The notes under the pieces were generated by a model that did no database searches, had not been told where the DNA came from, and saw nothing but the letters and a program-made list of their open reading frames with translations. From contig CAVNZM010000003.1 of the NCBI GenBank assembly GCA_963693365.1, positions 9,732,782 through 9,796,781 on the forward strand: a stretch of DNA of 64,000 nt, given 5' to 3'. The translations under genes and the position numbers were made by a program. Source of the stretch: Amoebidium appalachense (taxonomy: Eukaryota > Protista > Ichthyosporea). This document shows, piece after piece, positions 1 through 15,375 of this stretch; position 1 is the first letter of the stretch, and each line of letters begins with the position of its first letter.

Positions 1-1080
1 GGCTTTGTAGTTGGCTGGCTGAAATAGAAAGTAAGAGAAAGCTGGCTGGGAATGTTTGAAAAGCGATGTGCGAATACGAGTTTTGGAAAGAGTATGGAAT
101 AGGTGAAGGGCAACATGTACCCTTAGCACATGCATCATGAAAAAAAAGCAGGAATTGATTTGGGCATGTGAGAGATAGTCAGTTTTGTACACGCCTTTTT
201 AGCAATGATCGTCGTTAGAGAACACACTTGCCGGCTTCAGGTCGTGCATTCCTATCACGCGTGTGTCTGCAAAAAAGAAAAACGCCAATTTCTTTTCATA
301 CTTAGCATTAGGTTTAGATTTTTTGGGGGGAGGGGGGGCGGGGGGGGGGCTCCATTCCAATGAGCACAGTGCTTGCCATTGACAGAGAGACCTAGGCTAT
401 GCCGGGCGCTGGCTCAGGATATTGTGTTTGACCATGTCCAAACATCTCTTTCAAACCATGATATGTATCCATTGAGCACAGATCCCCCCCCCCCCCCCCC
501 CCCCTCTTCCCCCCTTTCCCCTATCCCTACAATTTCCAGTCCCGAACACATGGCCCCCCCTCCCCCCGAGTGGCTGAGATGTACCAATAGCCAACACAAG
601 TGCTAAGCACATAGACTAGCACGCACATGCACAAACACTTACAAAGATCCTTAACGCCTATCCCCTACTAATAGCCCACCACCATCATCTAGCACACAAC
701 CCAGTGGTCGCAGACGTGGCTAATGCCCCTACTGCCTCCATTTACTGCCTCCCCTCCGGGACCCACTCCCCCCCCCCCCCCCCCCCTTCCCCCCTCAAAC
801 CCCCCCCCCCCCCCCCCCTCCCCCTCCCGGTCCCCATGTGTCCCAAGTTCCCACAATCACACCAGCAAAAATGACAGCATGTTTTCCCGTTGGCTGGTTT
901 CCAGATCCTTTGGGTGACCTGCCCCCATAAACACAGTCTGCTGCTTCAATGCAGCAGAGGCTTAATGCCAGGGCTCTCGAAGCCGAACGGTTGCCCTTTT
1001 TTCTTGCTGAATACAGTATATAGGAAATACACCTGCGTCCCCACTCCCATTTTTTCTAGCTGTTCCCGGGCCCACTCCCA

Positions 1081-1137
<57 letters not shown>

Positions 1138-2687
1138 ACCCCCACATACCCACACCACCACACACACACCAACACGTACGCACGGCGGGTTACAATTGGA
1201 GCCGGACAAGGCGATATGAGCCAGTGGCTCTGTCAGTGAGGACGGTGTTTCCCGCTTCCACAGCTGGTTGGTGGTGAAACCCTTGATTTAATTATAAATT
1301 TTATATTATTTTGAACCTTGTTTTGGGTTCTAGATTCGTGTGCTATACATACCTTTGAACACCTTTTTGCGATCAACAGAGAGTCCTGATACCTTAGGCC
1401 ATAGCTATGCCGGGGCCCCTCATACACAAACTAGTCGTTCGTGAGAGACTGAATGTTCGTCCAATTACATCATCTTTAAACCATTGTATGAACCCAATTG
1501 GACAAAAATCTCCCCCTCCCCCCCTTCCCCCCCCCCCTCCCATCCTTCTTCCGGTCCCACACCTGTTACCCTCCCTCCCCCTGATTGGCCGAGATGCACC
1601 AATAGCCAACACAAGTACTAAGTGTATAGACCAGCGCGCACATGTGCACACACACACAAACATGACCATGTACACAACTAGACACATCTCCCCTTCCTCC
1701 CTACTCCCGCTACCACAAAACAAAGTAGCTCTACCCCCCCCCCCCCTCCCCACCTCCTGGCGCTTAACCCCTTCAAAATCTCAACGAGCTGACAAACAGC
1801 CAATCAGTGCCAGCCACACCAACTCTCCGAGTCCCAAACACCTCTTTCCAGTCCGGGCCTTTAGTTAGGGCGAGACCTTGGGGGTTTGACGTGATGGACA
1901 GCTCTGGTGGTGGCTCAACTTTGCCCAGGTTCTTTCCTTTGCACCCGTTTCACCCCGATTGAGTCCTCTCCCATAAGCAAACAAGCCATATATACATCGA
2001 ACATGTACACCGCCATATTTCAGCAACCCACGTCCGACCCCATCATTTTGCACCCCGTGCCTTTTTCCTCGCAGCCCTTGCACACTATAGTGTGCTTCTC
2101 TTGTGGGGCGGTATCTCAGAAAAGTACTGAGCAGCTTTGGACAAGTTGTTGCTTAAAATTTGCGAGGGGAGGGGGATTGGAGGGGGTGGAGGGGGAGGGG
2201 GGAGGGGGGGCCGGGGATAGGAGGGGGGGGGGGGGGGGGAGGGGGGGGGAGGGGGGGAGGGGGGGATAGAAAAGAAAGTAAACGAGGAGCGAAGAAACAG
2301 AACGAAAAGTGTGAGGAGAAAAAAAAGAAGAAAAGCGAAATTACAGCTTTCTAATTCAATTTGTGAAACAGGTGCTCTCCAGTCTACCCAAAATCCTACA
2401 CAAGCACTAAGTTCACAGAGGTCTCATAAACCAGCGCACAAACGCACACAAACATGACGCTTTACGCATTACTATACACACACGTACTCGCAAGCGCTCC
2501 CCCATCCCCCCTTCCTCCTTTCCCCCGGCTACATAAAAACAGAGTGGCCCATCATCATTAACACACAGCCCAGTGGGTCGCAGACGCGGTTAGAGCCCCT
2601 ACCGCCCCACCCACCTACCCACCCATTCCCATCCTTCCGGGCTTCACCCCCTTCCCAATCTCAGCGAACTGACAAACAGCCAATCAG

Positions 2688-3136
2688 TGTTATGATAGAT
2701 TAGTCTATATGTTTATTCCTGCTCTTCCCAGTCACATTCTTAGCCTGTTCCCGCCTATCCCGCCCCAGTGTAGGGGACCGCCTGGGGCCGCATACGCCAG
2801 GAACCATAACTGTCTTCCTATTGGCTAGTACATGATCCCGATCCTATCTGTAATCCTATTGGACGATGTATTCACGGACTGGCATCCGCGCAGGTATCAG
2901 TATAAAGCAGTCGGACCATCCTCAGATGGTACCGGAGGATCCGAGATCTCAAACCACTTCCTGCGTACCTCTCTACTCTCGATCCGCTATGTAGAAGTGA
3001 TTGTCTCTTACAGAGGTCACAGGACCAGCCAAACCAATCCCCAGGTTGTGCCCCGGCCCCTTTCTTCAGAGCCTCTGCACCGTATAGTGAACTACTCCGA
3101 GTTATGCGACGGTTACCGGACTCTTACCTAAGTACA
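2688..3136 (+). mobile_element. Possible solo LTR
   Basis: Unique 449-bp block starting TGTTATG and ending ..GTACA, with two CCTATTGG boxes and TATAAA at 2901. It replaces the sequence found between the same two markers in the 1800-2130 repeat copy. No TSD seen. Confidence 0.35.
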
Positions 3137-3320
3137 GCAGCTTTGGACAAGTTTTAGCGAAACCTGTGGGAGGGGAGGATCCGATGGGGGAGGGACTAAA
3201 GAACAGCAAAGAAAAGAGAGGAAAAGGAAAAGAAGGGAAGCGGAATAAAAGAAAACTGAAATATCTTCGTTATACAGTAAAAATGAATTAGACACTCTCC
3301 CGGCCCCTCTACCCGAAAGC

Positions 3321-3355
<35 letters not shown>

Positions 3356-3636
3356 ACCGCCCTCCCCTCCCTTCCTCAAATCCCAAATCTTGTGTCGAAT
3401 AATTTCACAATCACCTTAGAAATTTTTTATAAGCAATATAAGATGAGGGACTGGTGCCCAGATCTTTTGGGTGACCTGCCCCAGTGAACACTGCTGCTTT
3501 AATGCAGCACATGTGCCTGCCAGGTCCCCTGGAGCCCCACGGAGCCCAAGGCTCTTTTCTTGCCGAATACGGGAGCTATGAACCCCCACCTGCATAAAGT
3601 TCAAACCTGCCATTTTCGAAAGCGGTTGTCTCCCCC

Positions 3637-3695
<59 letters not shown>

Positions 3696-3865
3696 AAAAA
3701 AAAGAAGGAAAGAAAGAAAGAAAGAAAGAAAGAAGGAAAGAAAGAAAGAAAGAAAGAGGGATACTCACAGACATGTAGTTATACCCGCATAAAATTCCCA
3801 ACTCACATTGTCGAAAGTAGTTTCCCCTCCCAATCCCTTTCCCAATAAACAGAAATAAATACTAT

Positions 3866-3966
<101 letters not shown>

Positions 3967-4006
3967 CACATACACACACACACACACACACAATCACACA
4001 CACACA

Positions 4007-4400
4007 TGTTGGAATATTTCAGTGGGGCAGAGACAGCTGTTCCGATCCTGTCCTCTTTTGTGTGTGGAAGTGGTGTGACTAGCTTGCCAGATATATCGCC
4101 ATAGTTTTGGCAGCTAGAACGTTTGGTCGTCACGCAGTAATGTTGGTCATAGCGATGGTATTTACTTGCAGCGAAGCGGGCGGCGGCGACGACGACAATC
4201 TGGACTGACACAGTCCAGATATTATACACTACGATTGGAATGCAAAGTCATCCCAACAGAGATCCAATCACATACCAGCCGAGATCCCTATATGACTTAG
4301 AACCAATCATATCGCCTCTTTTAAGCTACCATCATCCCTAGTCATCACGATCACGATAGCGAGTGAGATGGGTTGACATTTGCGATTGCATATTCTGACA
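4007..4400. mobile_element. Solo LTR (Ty1/copia-like termini) inserted in a (CA)n microsatellite
   Basis: Starts TGTTGGAATA and ends TATTCTGACA (8/10 inverted match, TG...CA). Flanked by 5-bp ACACA on both sides (4002-4006, 4401-4405). 394 bp, non-coding. Internal perfect hairpin ATCTGGACTG-ACA-CAGTCCAGAT at 4198-4220. Confidence 0.75.
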
Positions 4401-4888
4401 ACACACACACACACACCGATGGCTAACCTGTTTAGCAGAGCAGAGCAGACAAAGCGGAATGACAGCTAGTGGCTCAATGAACGGTGTTTTCAGCCCACAT
4501 CTGGTCACGGGTGGTGAACTCCTACTTTTGGATTTTTTGGGGGGGCTCCTAAATTTTGGGGGTTCCCCAAACATGGTACGGGCCGGGCCCTCTCCCTGGT
4601 TGGAGGAGGTGCGATGTGGCAAGGACATACACAAGCACTACATAAATAGACCAGCGCGCACACGCATACACACACACACAAACATGACGATGTGCACAAC
4701 TCTAGTCCATACACGCGTGCATGCGCTCCCCCCCCTCCCTTCCCCCCCCCCCTTCCCCCCCCCAAACCAACTCACCCCAACCCCCCCTCACCCCTCATGC
4801 CTATCCTCCGCTACCACGAAACAGAGTAGCCCACCAACATTAAGCACACAACCCAAAGGTCAAAGACGTGGTCCATGCCCCCCCCCCC

Positions 4889-4931
<43 letters not shown>

Positions 4932-4942
4932 CACCCCCCACG

Positions 4943-5136
<194 letters not shown>

Positions 5137-5312
5137 CTTGGTTTCACCCCTTTCAAATCTCAGCGAGCTGACACACAGGCAATCAGTACCGGCCAAACGG
5201 TCCAAATCAATCCTCCGAATCCCAACAACCTCTTTTCCAATCCCACTTTCCCTTAAACAAGATTGTGGTGTCTTGACATGATGGACAGCTCAATTGATGG
5301 GTTTGCACATCT

Positions 5313-5463
<151 letters not shown>

Positions 5464-8414
5464 CCCCCCCCCCCCCGTCTCTATATATATATCTCTAGAT
5501 CTCTCTCTCTCCCCCCCCCCCCCCTCTGTCTCATTTCCTCCCCCCCCCTTCCCCCCCTTTCCACCCTCCACCCCCCACCCCCACCCCCACTCCCCAACTT
5601 CAACCCCCCCCCCTCCCCCCACCCAATGCCACCCCACCCAACATGGTACATGGTACAGTACCCTCCAATCCAAAGAATGCGCACACAACACCACTTCAGA
5701 AGCACGACTGTATTTCTCACCCCAAACAGCAAGAGTTGCCATCATAACACTGTCTACTACCTGCATGTACATATATGCGTTGAAATTAGTCTGCCGTTCC
5801 GTAGAGTTGGCGCTCTGGGGTTGGCAACCACCCAAGGAAACAGCGGTACAGCATACCTCGTAAACTTTTGAAAGCGGCAAAAACTCAGTCGGTCAGAGTC
5901 ACGCTTGAGTTGAGAGAGGCAATCGGAGTAACGAGGCCTGATTCGGTCACAGCCAGGGGGGCCCCCGTGTGAACCCCTCCTTCCTGCTGCTTACTGAGCC
6001 TCAGGGCACATCAACACATGGCTGCTGCATCTAAAAAAATCCGTACAATTTCAGATTTGTTTCCCACTGTGACATTATGGACCTGTTACTTTTGTGTTCC
6101 CGGATAGTATCCAGCTCTAATTTATGACCAAGAGGATAAGGTACAGCTGTAGTTCTGCATGAACCGCGGCATTGCCACGATTAGCAATATTATTAATATT
6201 ATCAAATGCATGTGTTACATGTATGTAACTGACTTTAAATTTTCGTTATCCTAGCTCCTTTTTTTTGATTCGTATATCCCACAATCAGAGTCCTGCAAGT
6301 ACTATTGCACATAACATATAGGTTAGTGCCAATTTCTCAGTTGGGTGACCTGCCTCAATAAGCACTTTGCAGTCTCCATGATCCACTGCAGACCAACGTC
6401 ACCAACGGTAATCTGCTCCCGACGAGGGTACTGTTGATGCTCCTAGGTCACCCTCCCTTTCTTGCTAAATGAGCAACCCATGAAACATAAACTAATGAAC
6501 GCAAATACTCATTCTTCCCTTGTGTCACACTCACCCCTCCCATATCTTTGAGTCATCATCCTCCCCCCCCCCCCCCCCCCCCCCTCCCCCCCTCCCTCAC
6601 CCCCCTCCTCCGACACCCCCCACCCAACCTTCCCAACTTTCCCTGGCAACACAGACACATACACTGTCACAGACAAACCTTACCTACCACTCACACCTAC
6701 CGTCATGGTAGCTACCAGTTTTTTCTCTGGCTGGGCTGCGACCCGGCTTGACACTACAATGGGCTTAGCGTCGGCGACACATTAAGCTGTGCACAAATAA
6801 GGACATAGCATGGGTGGTCTGCATGGCTGTTTGGGGCTGCCCTCAAAGTGAGTTAAAACACAAGTCTGTATATGTTTGGCCCGGCTCTACATGTTGGGGG
6901 GTGTTTTTTTTGGGTTAAATTCAGACGAACATGCATGTATTGGTGGGCATGTGATCAAGGTTTGTGGTAAAACGTTGACCTTGTCAATTTTGTCCAGCTT
7001 GGTGTTCGGGTTCTTCTGGGTTTGTTCTCTCGCTAGCCACCGTGACAGATTCGCCACTCTCGCACGCTCGTACATGCACAGTGCAGAGTGTGCATGGGTG
7101 ATGGGTGGCTGGTGGTTGGGTTGGGGTGGGGTGTGGTGGGAGGGGAGGTGGGGGGAGGGGGGAGGGCGAGGAGAGAGGGGGAGGTGGGGCGAGGGGGGAG
7201 GGGGGGGGGGGGAGAAGATAGAGCGAAATAGAGAAAGAGTGAGAGAGAGGGAGATCGGAGGAGAGAGGGGGAGAGATCAAGAAGGCTAGACAGAGAGAGA
7301 TGGGTACTCGTGTGTGCAAGAAAAGTGCTGACGTACGGCAAAAGTCATTACTATTCTCGCCTGACTAGCAGAGTGTACACACTACAACTAACACGTACCT
7401 GGGCACACATGCATATAATGAGAGTATACGTGGGTGATCAGGCCACTGAACTAACAGACATAAACACGTGCAGACTGGTGCTGGGCAGTGCACGATGCCA
7501 CAGCACTAACAGAGAGGGTAGTGTGGAGAGGTAGAAACACAGTTGCATGTTCTGTCAATCTACGTCTGATTTATTATGCTCGACTCTCACCTATTTATCT
7601 GCCTGCGGCAGAATCCATGGATACAGATCTATCCAAAGGTATTTGCACATCTGATTGGGAAATACTATGAATACTATAAATCTGGCCAATCATATAACGA
7701 TACGTACATGAATGTGACGTAGATATACATCGTGTCACCCCTGAAAAGGAAGCCCCCCACATCACGATGTAAATGGGGCTTCCGGGACCTGGCGTCCTCA
7801 GTCTTTTCCTTGTCCAAAACATATTTCTTGTCAACGAAAGCTGTGACCATCCGTCCCCTATCCGACTTTCAACCGTGTTAGAATTCATATTCCCATCACA
7901 TTTCGATGTCGAATGAACTTGCGAACGGAAATAAAACTGCATTCCCCTCATACCGTCCAACCGTAGACAAAACACCCGACTACACAGAAAACATGAAAAG
8001 CATGCACAACAACCGTCGCATGCGTGCTTTCCTCTTGCTATCGCCAATAGCTAAAAAAACTATGAATACCACACGTGCCTAATGAATAACAGAAGGCAAA
8101 CAAGAGCATGCCAGGCATGCTTATGAAATAATGGAAGATAAAGCACAAATAAACGATCGTACCTAACTATGAATGCTATGTGCTCGTGCAACCTGTGCAA
8201 ACCAAAGATGTGCAACTAATGAAGAACTGTGCTGTGCACGTGCGTGCTAAATGCATATGCCAATTCGTGCACTACTGTTGTATATTCTGACAGTGTGCGC
8301 CCGTATGTGTGTGTCATGTGGCACTGTGTGTGTGCCTGTGCGTGCGTGCGTGTGCGTGCGTGTGCATGTGTGTGCGTGTGTGTGTGTGTCTGTGTGTGCG
8401 TGTGTGTGTGTGCG

Positions 8415-8472
<58 letters not shown>

Positions 8473-8587
8473 GTACGTGCGTGCGTGCGTGTGCGCGTGT
8501 GCGCGTGCGTGTGCGCGCGCATGTGTGTGTATACATGTGAGCGTGAGCTGGAGAGAGAGAAAGAGAGAGCGAGAGAGGGAGGGAGGG

Positions 8588-8756
<169 letters not shown>

Positions 8757-8990
8757 CTTTTTTTGGGGGGGGGGGGGGGGGAGGAGAGGAGAAGGGGGGG
8801 GGGGGGGGAGGGGGGAGGGTTGGGAGGCCGGGCCAAGACCACGAGATAGGAATGGGATCGATATCCGGCAAGAGTTTTGTACATGTGGGTGTTTCGCATT
8901 TCACATAAGGGGATGCTTTCAGTCAGCGTGTTGTTTCCCTTGCTCCACGTCGTCGCCTCCTAGATTTTCTCCTTTTTGTTTCCCTTGCCG

Positions 8991-9043
<53 letters not shown>

Positions 9044-9268
9044 GGGGGGGGGGGGGGAGGGGAGGTTCTGATTGGCTCACCTGGGAAAAAGGCGCGTTTG
9101 TCACAGCCCGGGCATCAAGATGCGCAAACTCGACTTGAATAGACTGAGGGAGGAAAGAACAAAAAATTATACCATGAATTTAGCGTGGATTAGGGTTTCT
9201 AGTCGTGTTGAGTACAACCATGCGGAGTTATAGATGGGTATGGCGGTGTAGAAGAAAGAAGGAGGGGC

Positions 9269-10138
9269 ATGGAGAAAGAACCGAAAATCTTGGTGTTTAT
9301 ACCGCCCAGATTCGACATCGAGGGGTTTTTGTGTAGGAATGATTGTGAGGATGCAGCGCAGCAGCAAAAGGAGAATGAAGAGGAGACTGCGAAAGAAGGT
9401 GAGGAAAGGAAGGGGCTCGTTTTTTTTTTTTCGTGGTTGAATGGTGGTCACATGACATTTTTGACGCAAATCGAACTTGTGTGTGTTTGTTTGCGTACCA
9501 GTGTAAGTTGTGGTTTGTGAGGGTGTGTGGTGTCACGACGGTTGGGGAAGGACATGGTGGTGTTGTGGGTGGGGGAGAGGGAGGTGGAAGTAAGGGGTGC
9601 GGGGAGGGAGGGGTGAAGTTCATAAGAGGAATTACTTGTATGCGGAATTGGGTTGGCTGAGTTTGGCCAGATGCCAAGCGCACATAATGTTGGTTCGTCC
9701 ATTTTGTGCTTGTTCCATTTTGGTTTGTGTGTGTGTGACAAGGCTTATATGTGAGTGCACAAGTGTGTCGTTCCTCTTTTTGTTTTTAAGTGCGCTTGAA
9801 AGCGTGGAGGGAAATAATGAGAAGGTCTTCAAGTGTCCCACTCGTGCAGACGTTTTGTGTGCACGTATCTATGTAGTTACGTGTGCGCTTTTGCGTTTTC
9901 GTGCATGCACAGGCCGGTGTGCACTTTTGTTCGTGCGAAAATGCGTACATTTTTTTTCGACGGCCGGGGCACATGTCAGTGATTGTGATGCACATGGCAC
10001 GCACAATCAAAGGTATCCTCCTCACTTGATTGTGCGTGCTTTTGTGTTTGGTCTTCCGGTTGGTTTTGTCTTCTCTTCTCTTCTGTACTTTTCTTTCTTT
10101 TCTTTTACTTTTTTTTTTTTTTTTTTTCGTGTGTGCTT

Positions 10139-10169
<31 letters not shown>

Positions 10170-13100
10170 GGGAGGAGGGTGTGTGTGTGTACACACGTGT
10201 GTGTGTGTGTGTGTGTGGTGGGGGGGGGGGGAGCAGATTGTGCCGAAACTACGGTGGTTGCCCTAACAGCTCACCCTGTTCGCACTTCGACATACCTCCA
10301 TGCCCTACTTATGTTCGCTGTGTCTTCCGCTTCCGTCCAAATGCGTAGTTGGCCTGTTTTGTTGAATGCATTTGCCACCAGTGCGTACATATGTGTTTTG
10401 ATGTAGGTACCTACCCTTGCAAGCTAGCAACGAAAATAGTCAAAAAGTGCGGGACAACTGGGGTGCGAATGGAAGGGGAATGGCCGGGAGAAGCGGCTTG
10501 TGGGAGGGAAGGTGGTGGTGGTGGTGGGGGACGGAGGGGAAGGGGGGGGGGGGGGGGGGGGGGGGCCAGTAATTCGAGTGGTATGGGCTCTTTTCTGATG
10601 CCCCCCCCCCCCTCCCCCCCCCCCCCTCTCCCCCCCCCCCTCCCCCTCCCCCCTCCTCTAGATACCTCCCCTTCCCCCCTCCCCCCCCCCCCCCCCCCCC
10701 CCCCTCCCCCTCCCCCCCCCCCCCCCCATACTCCCTTTCCCCCGAGTGAGCCTGTGCTCCTGCCCAATGCCCCCCCCCCCCCCCCCCGCCCCCCCCCGGG
10801 GTACGGATCCCCTTGCCTTCATGCTCTTCTTTAAACCCAGCCAAAGTTCGTACGTGCATGTTTCACCTTCTATTTTGATCTTTCTCACCGATACCTTCCT
10901 TCAACAACCATTTATTTCTTGGTTTGTTGTCCCCCCTCACCCGCTTGGTTTCCTGTCTCTACAAATATCTGAAATTATGACACATAAACCCCACAGCAGC
11001 CGAACACGGCAGCGCGGACTTGTGTTGGCACCACTTCTCCTACACTATCGCCTCGCCCGAAAAGGAGCCCATATGGACCCCCGTGAAAATGTCAGACACC
11101 CCCTTCCCGACTAGTTCGCCCGAGGTAATTCCAGCCACCCCACCACCACCCCCACCGAAATCGAACGAAAACAACACGGAGAGAAACGAAAACTACAATT
11201 TCGATGAAGAGAACCCGCATGAACACGGAGATGGGGTAGCGGAAGCGAATGACGAAACGCCGAGGGGAAACGAGAATGGAAACGAGGGTGGAAAGAAAAG
11301 GGTGGATAGGAGTAGCGAAGAGAAAGGAAGCACGGGAACACGAAGGAAAAGAAGGAGGGTTTGTAAGGATGACCCGATTAGCACAGACAGCGAAAGCGAG
11401 ACGAATTTTCTTCATGTAAACTACGCAAACATCGGGGGGGTCGTAGGGAGGGGTCACGCTAGAGCCCCGGCGGTGGATGGGGACGGGATATACCAGACGG
11501 ACACGGAAGAGGACCCGTTTATGTTGGATACGAAAATTGGGTTAGACCCCCGTGCCAAGAACGAACCAAGGGAAAGAGGGGTGGATGGAGGGGGGTCTGG
11601 AAGGAAAATCAAGCGGAAATGGAAGTTGGCGACACCAGCATTCAACGAACTTCGGGTTAAAACCCCCGCTAGGAACAGGGGAAGCGCAAAGAAAAACCCA
11701 AGACACCGACGTTTTCTCATGGTGGACGCATCCGAAATTTCCGAATATTCACCCGTGAAGAAAATACCGAAAAATGACAGGGGAAATCGAAGGAAAACGG
11801 CACAAGCACTGGTGGAAAAAGAGGAAAAGAGAGAAAGTGGGGAGGAAGCAGACGGGGAAGATGAGATTGTAGATGACGAAATGCAACACGTAAAAATAAA
11901 CCTCATGAATGTATTGGAGAGAGGAAATTCGTCCCAGATATCGGAAACCCCCATTCACCCTTCTACAAATTTAAACACGCGCGAAAGATTGAATGTACCA
12001 CCTATCAGGACACAAACGCGCGCGGACACCGACACTCGTCTGTGGGGTTTTTGCGGAGATAGACGGAATGTTGAGGAAAACGGCGAGGGCGGGGGTGGGG
12101 GTGGGGGTCTTACGAGGGAAATTACGTGTATTCCAGAAACGCTTTTGAATGAAGAAGAGGAAGTGGAGGTGATTGAAGAGAGTCCTGAATGCTCTAGATA
12201 TAGATGTGGGTGGAGGGGATACGGATATGGTGGGGGTGAGATGGAAGGAGTGGTGGGGAGAGGAGGGGGTCAGGCAGAGGGGACGGATGAGGGGGATGGT
12301 GTGAGGGTTGGGGAGGAGGGAAGAGTTGGTGGGAATGACGGAGGTGTTGTGGGGGTTAGAATGGAGAGTGCGGAAGGGGTGAAGCGGATACTAGAAAGGG
12401 AGGGAGGAAGGAAGAAGAAAGAAAGCCGAGAAAGCGGTGAAGGAATTGCGATCTGTGAGGGTGAGGAACAGCAATGGAGAGACGGCGGGGAAGGGGTGTG
12501 CAAAGTAAGAGGAGAGGCGGAAGGAATAAGAGAGATAATGGGGGAGAGAATGGAAGGGCGAATAAGGGAAGAGGAGGAGGAGGAAATGGGAGAGGGAGAG
12601 GGGGAGGATGAGGATGAGGTATTGATCGAAGATTTGGAAAATTTCGAATCGGAGGTATCGCAGGTGTACCAATCGCTCGCGGAATTACCACACCCCTCGC
12701 AGCCATTGGGTAGAATCGATCTCGAATGTTCGATCAACTACACGATCTATTCACAGGTTATTCCTTCCTCTCTTGCTGTTGTGAGCGAGTCGCAATCGAG
12801 GGTTTTGTTGGTGGGTGGTCAAAGGGGGGAGGGGGAGGGGGAGGGGGAGGGGGACGGGGACGGGGACGGGGGAGAAACGGAAAGGGAAAGGCAGGAAAGG
12901 AGTGAGGGAGGGATGGATGTGGGGAAGGAAGGGTTGGTACAAGGGAGGAGAGAAGGGGTGAATGTGAGGGAAGCTGTTTTGGTAGATGAAAACGAAGAAA
13001 CGGGAGAGGAAAAGGAGCCAGGAGAGAAAAGCGCGGTGGAAAGCGGTGGCAAAGGCGAAGAGAGAGATGAAACGAGAAAGGAAACGACCGTTTTGGGGAA

Positions 13101-13665
13101 GGAAGGGGAGAGTGGAGGTAGGAAAGTAGTTGACCAAAACACGAATAAGAGCGGAGGGAAAATGGTGGGAGTTGTAGGGAGTGAGAGTGTGTCTACACGT
13201 GAGGAAGAGAGAGGAAAGGGAGGTGGTGATGGGGATGATATTGTGCCAGGCTACGTGAAAGATGCCGTTGCCGCCAGACATATCCGCTCTATCCCCGGTT
13301 TGTTAACTCCCCCCGCCCCCCCTCTCCCCCCCCCCCCCCCCCCCCCCCCCACCTTCCTTTCTTGTCCTCCTTCCTTTCCCGTCCTCCCCCCTCCCCCCCT
13401 GCCCCCCCCCCCCCCCCTCACCCACCCCCTCCTCTCCCTCTCCAATACCCCCCCAACACACGTCCCCCCCTCCCCCGGCCCCCCCACCCCGTCCCTAACA
13501 CACACACACATACACAAAAACCCCCCTATCGATCCCAGACTAAGCCGAATCGTGGTGTTATAGGGTTAGTAAGGCAGTGTGCTGGTGGTGACGGTGGTAG
13601 TGGTGGTGATGGTTGGGGGGGGGGGGGGGGAGGGGGGGACTTGGAGGGGCTTGAGGATTTGGGGT

Positions 13666-13697
<32 letters not shown>

Positions 13698-15116
13698 AGG
13701 GGGAGCAGGAAATAGGGGCTTTGTGTGTGTGTGTTGGGGGGGGGGGGAAGGAGGGGGGGGGGGGGGGGGGGGTTCCAGTCGTTCACAGTGCAAACGAGCT
13801 CGCATACCTATTTTTTCACGTTCACTCTTTCTGTTCACAGGGCAGGTCGGCCTAACTACCCCCCTCAAGCCCCTCTGTGACTATGTGGTGCCCAGACCCC
13901 CCCCTGGGGGTCAGACTGTGCGTCATCCGAGTGTAGCCATTCTGTGTGTTCTGCTTCAGGTTCTGCCCCCCCCCCCCCCCCCCCCTCCCCCCCCTCCCCC
14001 ACCCCCCTCCCCTCCACCTGTTGCGTTGCCGTCCCCAAACAAATAAAAAAATGCAGTTAGTAGAGCCCGTTTGCCCCCTCCCCTCCACCTGTTGCGTTGC
14101 CGTCCCCAAACAAATAAAAAAATGCAGTTAGTAGAGCCCGTTTGCCCCCTCCCCTCCACCTGTTGCGTTGCCGTCCCCAACAAATAAAAAAATGCAGTTA
14201 GTAGAGCCCGTTTGCCATTCCGCGGGGGGGGGGGGGGGGGGGGGGGGGGGGAGGGGGAGGGGGGGGTGGGGAGGGGGGGGGGGGGGGGGGTCTTTTTTTG
14301 TGGAATTGTTTTGCACATCTGCCTTCAAGTTTCCAAAAAAAATAAGTTTTTGAGCACATCTGCCACCACGTTATTCGTTGTAAATTAACCGTTGTTAATG
14401 GGCGGGTGTTGTACATTCTGATCAAAACCCCCTGTCTGCCCCCTCCTTCCCTCCCCCACACGCCCCCTTTACACACACACAAAGCACATGCCCTCAAAGT
14501 ATTGCCCTTGCTGCATGTAACAGCATCCGACACTCATGCAACCGTTCATGACGTCATTTCACGGTTCATTTTTATTGGCGTGCAGCCTGTCCACACAGTT
14601 CAACAGTAGAGTATCATAAACGGGAAACACACATCCCCCCCCCCCCCCCCCCCCCCCCCTTCCCCTCCCCCCGCCCCCTCTCCTTTTACTTCTTCCCCTC
14701 CCGTACATACCTCTCTCTGCCTCCCCTGTTCCCCTCCCTGCCCCCTCTTATCCTTAACATTCCATTACTCCTTCCCCTCCCCTCCCGCTTCCCTCCCTCC
14801 CCCCCCTCTCGGGCACTGCGGTTCCTTCACATCTCACCTCTTCCCCCAACCTTTTCCACACATCTTCTTCTCTAACCTAACCCATTTTCGATCGTACCTT
14901 CACGTAAGCAGTTTGGGGAGAGACGTACGGTCAACACCAAGCATGGGCCAAAGGAAGTCGGGTCGGTGGTTGTTGGTGACCCGACCCGATTACACTTCAA
15001 ATTGTCACTGTGGGGACGGGCTGTGAGGTGGCTGGACTGGCTGGCTGTTGGCGATGTGATTCAGATCACAGGTGGGTGATTTTTTTTCCGTAGGGGTTTT
15101 ATTTTCCTTTTTGTGC

Positions 15117-15157
<41 letters not shown>

Positions 15158-15279
15158 CGTGTGTGTGTGTGTGTGCGTGCGTGCGTGCGTGTGTGTGCGT
15201 GCGTGTGTGTGTGTGTGTATGTGTGTGTGTGTACGAGTGTGTGTGCTTGTGCTTGTGCTTATCTGCGTGTGGTGTGCAT

Positions 15280-15375
<96 letters not shown>

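Noticed and set aside
13298-13563. Pro-rich C-terminus of the 847-aa ORF as a stand-alone protein end
   Set aside because: A phase-1 donor at 13298 splices in frame to 13841 and on to the conserved OB folds; the Pro-rich tail is intronic poly-C.
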